DNA of 56,158 nt from Phoronis australis (taxonomy: Eukaryota > Animalia > Phoronida), in NCBI GenBank assembly GCA_002633005.1, contig NMRA01000036.1, forward strand, positions 1,042,911 through 1,099,068. Reading direction: 5' to 3'. Under the pieces are notes generated by a model. That model did no database searches and had not been told where the DNA came from. It saw only the letters and a program-made list of their open reading frames with translations. Made by a program: the position numbers and the translations under genes. Below, piece by piece: positions 1 to 9,367 of this stretch (positions are counted from its first letter, which is position 1; every line of letters begins with the position of its first letter).

Positions 1-250
1 GACGATAAAGCTCTTTGAAAAGGGCTACGCGTTCCGAGTATGATTGTCGTGTCGGGATTTAGATCGCCAGGTAAGATTAACCGCCCAGGGCGGTTGTCTG
101 TCGTAATAAGCGCCCATGTTCGGTTAACCGCCCATCCCCTACTTTAGGTGGATTTTCGATTTAACCGCCCACTGCTCGGTTAACCGCCCTCCCCCGATTT
201 TTTGGATTCGCCAATTTAACCGCCCAGGGCGTTAACCCGAACGATTACGG
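1..250. mobile_element. Right end of a putative Tc1/mariner-pogo-like MITE with repeated internal TTAACCGCCC motifs
   Basis: Several TAACCGCCC copies between 78 and 225. The segment ends ...CGATTACGG followed by TA (251-252), resembling the TACCGTA-type termini of pogo/Tigger-like MITEs. The left end is outside the window. Confidence 0.45.
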
Positions 251-304
251 TAATATATGATTAAAACCGAGCTGAGGAGCTAGAAACCTGGCTCAAGGGT
301 TTAG

Positions 305-372
305 CAGTGTGACCTGGTGGGACTCGAACCCACGACCTCGAGCAAAGAAACGGGCACTTATCAAGCAGGCCT
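305..372 (-). mobile_element. tRNA-like head (degenerate tRNA-derived SINE or tRNA pseudogene fragment)
   Basis: Minus strand reads ...GGTCGTGGGTTCGAGTCCCACCAGGTCA, a T-arm/B-box (GGTTCGAGTCC) with a paired stem, preceded by a degenerate A-box-like segment. No intact cloverleaf. Confidence 0.5.
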
Positions 373-1862
373 CGCTGAGAGGTGTCAAAGTAACCTGCGA
401 AGAAGGTGAGTAAACGATACAGCGACGCCAGTGGTTCTTCAGCAGACTGAGTGCTGCTATGGTGTGGTGTGTTGTTCTCTTTTGTGCGAACTATGAAGCT
501 GCGAGGAAAGCGGGTATATCGTTTTTTCGATTTCCTCAAGAGCTCGAAATGCTTTGGAAGTCAGGTTCACGGCAGTGAAGAATGAAAAGTACACCATTAA
601 TACCAAGTATGATGCTGTAAAACATCTCAATGTCTGTGACCAGCATTTTGTCGACACTGATTTCAGTGGCGAATGCCGGCTTACCAAACAGCTTATGCCA
701 GGGCAGAAAAAGAGACTGATGAGCACTGGCCTCAGATGGGATTGCAAGTTGCCATGTTGACGTTCATTAATTGTGCTTCTGTTACAAAAATGAATTATTC
801 TCACCCTAACCAATGCTTATATAAAACTTGGACAAAGTGTCAAAGTTGATCTTATTAGATATAATTTATAATGCGTTAGGAGTGTTTGTGAATGCAAATG
901 TTTTGAGAAGCCAGCAATGAATAAATCACTGCGTTACTGACTTTAGATGCAATAAAGCTAATTGACTGGGCACCAAAGTTGCGTGAGCGCATGCTAATTC
1001 AGTGTTTGCTGACAGAAAGCTGCTGTGAACCAATAACTTGATTTTATATGCTATGGTGTTAGAGGGAATCATTATTTAGATATACATATTCATTATTCGA
1101 ATAATTGTTACTGTACAACTTTTGCCCTGACAGTTCTGTGGTAGGGGAACCTGACTTCAGGGCCCTCGACGAATAAGTAAATTTGCAGTTTCGCAGCTAA
1201 TTCACCAAAATAATCACGTGCACATTATTTCCTTGGCTCACTAGTATTATAGTCTTTTCGTGACTGGAGGTTTAGTTTCCTCCTTAAGCTCGTGTATGTT
1301 CGTGATATCTTCAGTCCGGCAGCAATGGGTCTTATCAGGTTCCGAGCCACTGGCTGGGATAACAAGTGTTTTGTATGTTTAGAACTAAAAAAAATCGCAA
1401 GCCTAAAATTACAACACACAGCTATGTCCTCCGGTCTGTATTTCACGGAAGAATAATTCAAACTTATCACCAAACAGACCCCAAATTCCCGTGACCGACC
1501 TTGGTATATTGGCCAAACAAACTTTGTAGGCTACAGTATGTTCAAATACCTATAAATCTACAACAGTGAAATAAAACAACACATTTGTTCAAGAGCTTGG
1601 TGCGTTTGTAAAGATTTTACATCAAACTTGGATGATTTATTGGTGCAAAACGATGAATTCAAGTGATAAGCTGACACCAGTAAGTATCTTGTGAACTGCT
1701 GAAAAGACTGTGTTCGAACCTATGACGTCATTGGTTAATTTCAACATCTCCGTCTGCTGTCAGGTGTCAGGTAAAAGAACTGACAGAACTTGATGTTATG
1801 GAGTGGAACTACTCGATCTAAATTGATGCAAAATAGGTTGTTTTTTTGGGTGGAATTCTCCT
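370..1862 (+). mobile_element. Kolobok-like non-autonomous DNA transposon, family A copy 1 (5'-truncated), with a THAP-domain remnant
   Basis: Colinear with copies at 12138-14378 (inverted) and 20522-22174. The 3' terminus GGGTGGAATTCTCCT is followed by TTAA (1863-1866). From ATG 459 it reads MVWCVVLFCANYEAARKAGISFFRFPQE..., then after a frameshift ...KHLNVCDQHFVDTDF...KKRLM, the THAP C-x4-C / FP / C-xx-HF pattern. Confidence 0.7.
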
Positions 1863-2257
1863 TTAACTGCACCCAGGTCTTAAATTTTGTACCAGACAAT
1901 TATTTACAAAAGATTTTGTGATCATATTAAATCAATGTCAACCAAAAATGATATCAAGGACTGCACACAGTCAACTTCCTTATCAGCTGAGCAAAGGTCA
2001 GTGATGACTTAGTATTGAGGGGTGTCTGCATCCTGCTTTCTTATCACAGCCAAACTTGAAACATTGCTGTCAGGTGACAGAGACACTGATATAAAAAGGA
2101 GCCTTATCAGTCCTGTACACCAGTGCAAGTGCGCATGTGCACTCACTTATCAGGTCAAACCAACAACTTGAGAACGGTGGAAAGTCTATGTGGACAGGTC
2201 TACTGTAAGTCTTCATATTTCTCATTCTTTACTTATATTTTTCAAATTGAAAAAGTT

Positions 2258-2288
<31 letters not shown>

Positions 2289-2360
2289 CACACACACAAA
2301 CCACAAACGCACACATACACACAAACACACACACACACACACACAAACACACATACACAC
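2258..2360. repeat. Imperfect (CA)n microsatellite
   Basis: About 100 nt of CA repeats with CAAA/CATA interruptions. It explains the HT-rich ORFs at 2123-2446 and 2190-2399. Confidence 0.95.
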
Positions 2361-4450
2361 CTGAGCACAGAGTACATCAGGAAACTGAACAAATCATGAA
2401 ATTCTACTTATTGATAAATTTCTCTGTAAAACTAAACACCTACTAGCTAATTCTGACCAAGCTTGTTGAAGCTCATTATGGTACATCGCCTTATTTAACA
2501 TTATTTTTCGGTACAAGCACAGATTTTTATGCTCCTTTACTGACCCCTGCTCAATTAGCTTCACAAAGGCTGATGACGAGTAAAGTATACCAGGCTAATG
2601 TCAAAAATCTAATTAGAAAGCATGTTGGGCCAGTCCCCCTTTTCAACATTGTGTTCCAAGCATGAATACGGTGTTTTCTCTATCAGTTCTTACATTAATG
2701 TACGAAGCATTTTTCCCTTAAGAACTTGATGTTCCAATTAACCGAGACAAAACTGGCTAAACGAACTATTAGAGGTGAAAGTCAAGTGTTCGAATTATTA
2801 GAGATAGAGATAGATGATAACAATGAGTGCAACAACGGCCTCCGAGATGGTCGTTTGGCAATGCCAATTATATTACAAGTACCAAATTGTTGTTCCAGGT
2901 GATGAATTTACTTCGAAATATAATACCGGTATTTCAACGCTTTGTCACTTTTATTTTCTTCCCATTTTCACAAACTTCAAGGACCCCACCGACTTCAGTA
3001 CCTCCACTTTCAGCAACGCTGTCTGCCGCACTGTGTTTACGACTGCAGTGTACAACATAGAACATGCATTTCAAAAAATTCAGGCTAGAGAAACATGACA
3101 GTGGTTTTGCAAACCCTCCAAATTCGATTTAGGTGGAAGCTTTCGAATTTTGAAGAATTCCCACAACTCACAGAATTGTGTCAAATTCTCCCTATTTTGA
3201 TGAAAATCCCCCGACTTCGAACTAGCTCTCCCAGTTTTCTCGAAATATTAATTGACGGGTTATTGAGGATGTGTGGCGACCGAAGGGACAGTGTGCCTCA
3301 CTGGTTTAATTTGTTGGCAATACGTTACTGGACGCTTGTCCATCATCTTGAAGTAATAAAAAATTTGACAAGTAAAATTTTGATTTCACTTAATATTTGC
3401 ATCTCAGTCAAAGTGGCATAAGCCCATTTCACCAATGTCGCTACAGGTGGTTCTTTAGAAATACATATTTTGGATAACTATATGCAAAAGCATGCATTTA
3501 CCCAGGGTCAATCAGATCTTGCAGAAAAGGCATGTTATGGGCCCAGGCGTTTAATTGAAATATCTCAAAACTTAAATGGGGCGGTTTGTAGAGCAGTAGA
3601 TGCTTACTGTACTCTAAAGCTAAGAGGAAGCAGGCGCATAGTTTTACGTGAATGCTTTCGGGAATAAGAATTTGAAAAACTGCAATTATTAAGAAATTGA
3701 TGATTTTTATAGGATATCATCTCTACATACCTTTTTGCCACCCAAAATAATTTTATTTCAACATTGGCCAGGTTCAGCTAAACACAAAGTTCTTTCCATT
3801 GGAGTCTGAACAATCTATGACATGCTCGATTGATGAACCTTGGAGTGAAAATTAGAGGTAGTGGGGGGGTATACGAAGAGAGCAATAAAAAGATCGCTTA
3901 ACAGCTCCCTATAGGTATGGAAATCGGCCTAAGGAAGATGGAAACAGAATATTGCGGTTCCGAAAAACATTGGATACGAAAAATATCGTAAAGCACCGGG
4001 TCTTTTATAACTGCAGGGCGTCCACGTTCATTGCCAAACAACCACCTGGGTTGTTTATATATAGCCAAGCCGGTGAATGTAATCATAGATTTAATCCATA
4101 TTGTCACTGGTCGAATCAGCTCTTAAAGATCGCAGGACGGCACAGTACTTACTCTGCAATTTTGCAAATTCATTCGTGAGAGCATTGTTGGCATTTAATG
4201 ATTTGTGTTCTTTTATAGGAATACAAATTGCCATCTAAAAAGTGTGCACGAATTATTTTTTCTGACGCTAATATGTCTATAAAGTTATTTTCACTTGGAC
4301 ACCTACTGGGTAAAATATTTAAGAGAGATGCCATATTTCAAGGGAGGTGTACGGACTATTAGAGTATACAAACTGTTAGAGAAATCACCATAACCCTGCC
4401 TCTAGGCAACCATAGTCATGTAAGCTTGACAAAAGTTTGCTGGTCATTAA

Positions 4451-5734
4451 AGGCGAAAGCAACCTTTTTTCATGTCACTTTTAGCAAAAATAAGGTTTGT
4501 TGATTATCCCAGACACATTTTTCACTTAATTACAGCTTTTCGTAATTTGATTAATTTCTCGTCCTCTACTCCGGAAGTGACATTTTGGGAGGCTAGAGTT
4601 TCGCGCCAATTTCTTTTCATTAGTCTGACTGTGAGAGCTGTCGAGTCAGTCATTGTTCTACCTCGGTTGTGATAAGTTCGGTCGTCGTTTGCTTTTGTTT
4701 ACGCTGTTGCTGCGTGCCGGGATGTACTCATTATCGTCTCACATGCGCTTTGGGTACCATGCATCGCTTTCCGAAGGATGACACACTTCGCCGTACTTGG
4801 CTAGCTCGTTCATGTGAAGGACGCAGCGCTACCCGTCCATGCAACATACAAAGCAGTGGAGGGTTACTTAGTGTGTGGCATTTTCTGCCGTCACATTATG
4901 ACAGATATGTACGCCGAATTGATGAAGGTCCCTGCGAAACAACGCATGAAGAAGGGTACCATACCGTCGCTGTTGATTCCCAGCAGTGCCCCGTCGCCAA
5001 CCCCGAGAAGTGTGTTTTTGAAGCGAGAAGCCTCGCGAGCTGTGGCCACTGTATACAATGACTGGAGGCACTTCATCTACTGTCACCCGTGCCTCCGAAC
5101 GTTCCCCATTCCGTGCGATTTCGGGAACTAGCAGTGATTCGCCCTGTGTTGTTGTCTCTAGCCCAGAGCCTGTAAGCAGCCCTGTAGCGATGTTGAGTAG
5201 TGGGAGTGAATACAGGCCCAGTTTGACACCCAGTGAAGAGGACAGTTTGTCATCCAATGAGCCTAAGTTTGATAAGTTTATTGTGGACTTGTAATGGAGC
5301 TTTTTGAGGAAGGTGCCAGGTGTGTGGCGAGGGAGTCACAAGGCGGGATGTAAGCAGTTTGGGTGGCGAGATAACCCTCCAATGGGAGTGTGTCGTTGGA
5401 CACTCGGGCAAGTGGGACAGTTCTTCTTTGTACGTGAGACGATAATGAGTACACCCCAGTACGCAGCAACATCGTGGAATGTTGACTGACTTGTAAGCAA
5501 AAGCAAACGACGACCGAACTTATCACAACCGAGGTAGAACAATGACTGACTCGACTGCTCTCACAGTCAGACTATATGAAAAGAAATTGGCGCGAAATTC
5601 TTGCCTCCCAAAACGTCACTTCCGGAGTAGACGACAAGTAATTAATTAAATTACGAAGAGCAGTAAATATGTCTGGGATAATCAACGAACCTTATTTTTG
5701 CTGAAAACGACATGAAAAAAGGTTCCCTTCGCCT
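4451..5734 (+). mobile_element. Kolobok-like transposon family B: internally deleted element with long terminal inverted repeats and a THAP/transposase remnant
   Basis: TTAA at 4447-4450 and 5735-5738, with termini AGGCGAA...TTCGCCT. Inverted arms are ~290-300 bp (4451-4743 vs 5433-5734). The frameshifted interior reads CCVPGC...MHRFPKDDTLRRTWL...VC..HF...MKKGTIPSL (THAP), then a Ser-rich linker and a KFIV motif. TTAA target plus RR...YY termini plus THAP fits Kolobok. Confidence 0.75.
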
Positions 5735-6678
5735 TTAAGTTTAAATGAATTCTGTCACCAAGTAAGACTTGTCTTCATGCCATGACCTGTTTACGCTTGA
5801 CCATATAGCTTGTGTCGTACACCCAAATAGGATAAAATAAAGACGTCTGCCACATTGTTAGCAAGAGTATAACGGCTTAGTGTGGAACTTTAAATATTAG
5901 ATAGCTTGAATAATATTCGTCAAGCTTAAATAATCTTGCATACTTTAAAGCTTGAATAATATTACTGAGTACAGATTATTCAAGCTTGATGAATTTAGAA
6001 TTTTATTGTACTTTTGTGACATGCTTTTTATTTGTGTAGTGATATAAGTATTGGACAGTTTGGACTCAAAAATAACAGAATATTACTTAGCATAAGCAAT
6101 TATTATTATAAGTAAGAATTATTAGTCTTCTTACACCCATGCACAATTCTTAACAATTTTTCATAAATCTCAGCAAGATTTTTCAAAAATTTTGTTAAGA
6201 CTTCAAAAATGTTGACATCAAATCTATTGGAAAGATTTTAATTCTTGATAAATCTATTGTAGTCTTGAATTAAAAATGCAGTTTAGATTTTTAGCTGCTC
6301 TGGCATTCCACACGTTGTAGTCTAATTAGTAAAATCTAAATAGTTGGAAATTTCTAACCTAAATTTTTGAAATCCAAATGGCAGTGTACTCGTTTCACCA
6401 GCATATTGGAAACCATTTTGAAAATTTTGTAAAAGCTGGAAGTCAAGAATCTTTTATGGGCAGATACAATGAACAAGTCTAGATGATTCATAAGGCTTTT
6501 AATGTCAGCAACAGGAAAACGATTGCTCGATAAATTTCGAGTTCAACAATGGTTTTATTGTTAGAAATTATTAAATAATATGGAAAAAAGAAATGCTTAT
6601 CACTTTTGAAAGAGGAAAATAAAAATGTAGGTTAAAATATACCCTTTCAGAGCAAAGAAATTCTCCCTACTCACTAGA

Positions 6679-6706
6679 CTAATTTTAATAACTTCATCAT
6701 TTTCAG
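6679..6706 (+). other. Putative branch point and 3' splice acceptor of a 5'-UTR intron of the ADAM10-like gene
   Basis: CTAAT at 6679-6683, then a pyrimidine-rich tract ending TTTTCAG at 6706, 34 nt upstream of the ATG. A short uORF ATG AAA GCC TGA follows at 6710-6721. Confidence 0.5.
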
Positions 6707-6740
6707 AGCATGAAAGCCTGAGGATTAAGTACCAAACAAA

Positions 6741-9194
6741 ATGAAGGTGTTAAATTTTCTAATGATCATAGTTATTGGTCAAGCAGATGGGCAGAGGAAA
6801 CTCAATGATCAAGTATTGCACTATGAAGGTCTATACTACAATACAGAAAAGTTGCACAGGCAACACAGCCGTGTGAGCAGATCAGTAGATTCTCACGTGA
6901 TGTTAGAGTTCGAGTCACATGGACAGACATTCCCAATTAAGCTTAGAAACGACCGTACAACATTTTCGAAAGATCACGATACAATGTACGGAGGTACAAC
7001 AATGGAACATGAAGTTACCTACATGTATGAAGGACATATAATTGATCAACCAGGGAGCAAAGTTCATGGTTCAATTCTCAATGGTCGATTTTCAGGTGTA
7101 ATACACAGCCACAATGACACATTTTACATTGACAAACGAGAATATCATTTTGATGAACCACAAGACTTTCACTCGGTTATATATAAAGACCGAGATATTG
7201 TCCGAGATCCGCATGAACGTCAAGCATGCGGACATGAAATTCATGAAATCCACCAAAAGATGGAGCTAGAGTCAAGCTTAGCCAATCCACGCTTAATGTA
7301 CCATCAGACACATAATATTTATAGCAGGGCAACTAATAGTAAAAGTGGGAAAATTGGCAAAGGACGGACATGTCCCTTATATCTTCAAACAGATACAATG
7401 CTTTGGGAAGAAATGAAGAAAAGGTTCAAGAAGTCAGATGATGTTGCTGTCAAGGAAGAAATTACTGCTTTGTTGGGTATGCACGTACAAGCAGCAAGAA
7501 ACATTTTTGAAGGTACTAATTTCAAATCGGGAATTCGTGGAATCACATTTACCATTAGACGCACTCGCATCAATACAACACTAGATTGCGAAGGAACCAA
7601 AGCAACACACAACCCTTTCTGCAGTAGAAACATTGATGTATCCATGTTTCTGAACTTGAATTCCTACCAAAACCATGATGACTATTGTTTAGCATACATA
7701 TTCACATATCGAGACTTCATGGGTGGAACTCTAGGACTGGCCTGGGTTGGCAATCCAAGTGGGTCTGCAGGAGGCATTTGTGAAAAAAAGCGTACTTTGC
7801 AGGAGGAAGGTGGAGTATTATTAGAGAAAAGTACCAATACTGGCATAGTCACGCTAATCAACTATGGAAAACCTGTCGTGTCCAAAGTGTCTCATTTGAC
7901 ATTCGCCCATGAAATAGGACACAACTTTGGCTCTCCACATGATGCCAAAACACCGCAGTGCCAACCATACAGCGAAAGCAAGAGTCCCGAAGGTAATTAC
8001 ATTATGTTTCCAAGTGCAACATCAGGCAACCGACCAAATAATATCAAATTTTCACCATGTAGCATTGGCAACATGAGCCTTGTTTTGGAAGCGGTTATGA
8101 GTAATAAGCATGGCAAACAGAACTGTTTTGTTGACGAGAAAACAGAGTTCTGCGGTAATGGGATTAAAGAAGGTGATGAAGAATGTGACTGCGGCTTCCA
8201 CGGATACTGTGACGATGAATGTTGCTACGCAAGGGATGATCCACAGCACCCTGACAAAAAGTGCATGCGCAAAGTGGGTGTACAATGCAGCCCATCAGAA
8301 GGTCCATGCTGTACGAAGCAATGCAAGTTCAAAAATGCAACAACATGCTCATACAAAACGGATTGTGCAAAAATATCTTACTGTACAGGGGACAAGGCAT
8401 CTTGCCCAGCTCCACAACCAGAGCCTACCGGCACACCTTGCAATGACAACACACAGATTTGTCAAAATGGGACATGCAGTGGCAGCATTTGTTCCGCAAT
8501 TGATTGGGAGGAATGTTCCATCACCACAGAAAACAAAGCTGAAATGTGTCACTTAGGATGCCGTCCAGCTAACAATGAAACATGCTTCAGCTCCGGTGGT
8601 ACAAATCTACCCGCTAAGATTCAAGAGCTCATGAACAACATAAGCAACAATGAGCCAATTATTTTACAACCTGGAGCACCGTGCAACAACCTGCAGGGCT
8701 ACTGTGACTCTTTAGGCAAGTGTCGAGGTATTGATGCCAACGGACCACTGGCAAGACTTAAAGAGCTACTATTTAATCCAGCCACTTATGATTTGATTAT
8801 TGTGTGGATAACCGAACATTGGTGGGCCGTAGCGTTAATTATTCTAGGAGTTATTTTGCTAATGGGGGGCTTCATTAAAGTTTGTTCTGTGCATACACCC
8901 AGCACAAATCCAAACAAGCCCAAAGCACAGAAAATCAGCCACACTCTACGCCGTGTGTCTGTACAACATTACCGAAATCGAAATCGAGCTCGGCCAGACA
9001 GAAGCATACAACCCAGTGCACATCAAATGGAATCAGGTAACAGACAAGGAGAAAGACCCAAAACACAGGCTCCAACCAGACAGGAACATGCATTCAGGAG
9101 ACCAGTGCCATCAGCACCACCATCTTACAGAGAGACAACAGGACATGATAACAGGTATTTCAGAGAGTACGAGATGAGGAGTCAAAGAATTTAA
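6741..9194 (+). CDS. ADAM10: ADAM10/Kuzbanian-like disintegrin and metalloproteinase, 817 aa, CDS on a single exon
   Basis: Uninterrupted ORF with signal peptide and prodomain (RVSR site at 6870-6881, CG cysteine switch). The reprolysin domain has DDYCLAYIFTYRDF..GTLGLAWVG, zinc motif HEIGHNFGSPHD (7908-7943) and Met-turn GNYIMF. These are followed by disintegrin CGNG...EECDCG and CSPSEGPCC, Cys-rich PGAPCN..QGYCD..DANGPLARLK, and TM WWAVALIILGVILLMGGFIKVCSVHTPS, all characteristic of ADAM10. Confidence 0.96.
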   Translation: MKVLNFLMIIVIGQADGQRKLNDQVLHYEGLYYNTEKLHRQHSRVSRSVDSHVMLEFESHGQTFPIKLRNDRTTFSKDHDTMYGGTTMEHEVTYMYEGHIIDQPGSKVHGSILNGRFSGVIHSHNDTFYIDKREYHFDEPQDFHSVIYKDRDIVRDPHERQACGHEIHEIHQKMELESSLANPRLMYHQTHNIYSRATNSKSGKIGKGRTCPLYLQTDTMLWEEMKKRFKKSDDVAVKEEITALLGMHVQAARNIFEGTNFKSGIRGITFTIRRTRINTTLDCEGTKATHNPFCSRNIDVSMFLNLNSYQNHDDYCLAYIFTYRDFMGGTLGLAWVGNPSGSAGGICEKKRTLQEEGGVLLEKSTNTGIVTLINYGKPVVSKVSHLTFAHEIGHNFGSPHDAKTPQCQPYSESKSPEGNYIMFPSATSGNRPNNIKFSPCSIGNMSLVLEAVMSNKHGKQNCFVDEKTEFCGNGIKEGDEECDCGFHGYCDDECCYARDDPQHPDKKCMRKVGVQCSPSEGPCCTKQCKFKNATTCSYKTDCAKISYCTGDKASCPAPQPEPTGTPCNDNTQICQNGTCSGSICSAIDWEECSITTENKAEMCHLGCRPANNETCFSSGGTNLPAKIQELMNNISNNEPIILQPGAPCNNLQGYCDSLGKCRGIDANGPLARLKELLFNPATYDLIIVWITEHWWAVALIILGVILLMGGFIKVCSVHTPSTNPNKPKAQKISHTLRRVSVQHYRNRNRARPDRSIQPSAHQMESGNRQGERPKTQAPTRQEHAFRRPVPSAPPSYRETTGHDNRYFREYEMRSQRI

Positions 9195-9251
9195 TGTCAT
9201 CAATTTTTGTGATAACTTGTATTTGATTGACAATAAGGACCAAGAAGAAAC

Positions 9252-9367
9252 AATAAACACTACTGTGATAAGATTATTAGTGTGGTGAAAATGTTCCTAA
9301 AGATGCATTTTGTACTGTTTAGCAGTTACAAAAGCGCAAAATGAAATAAATCATTTGTGAGAATAAA
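9252..9367 (+). terminator. Candidate polyadenylation signals of the ADAM10-like gene
   Basis: AATAAA at 9252, 9345 and 9362, 58-170 nt after the stop codon. The region is AT-rich, so chance occurrence is possible. Confidence 0.45.

Noticed and set aside
305-372. Functional tRNA gene
   Set aside because: Only the T-arm/B-box is good. The D-arm, anticodon arm and acceptor stem are not intact.
2123-2446. His/Thr-rich ORFs
   Set aside because: Translation of the (CA)n microsatellite.
7385-9177. Alternative-frame and antisense ORFs overlapping the ADAM10-like CDS
   Set aside because: Short shadow ORFs with no recognisable motifs.
9180-9194. C-terminal PDZ ligand (SQRI) on the ADAM10-like protein
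   Set aside because: The residue at -2 is Q, not S/T or hydrophobic, so it does not fit the standard classes.
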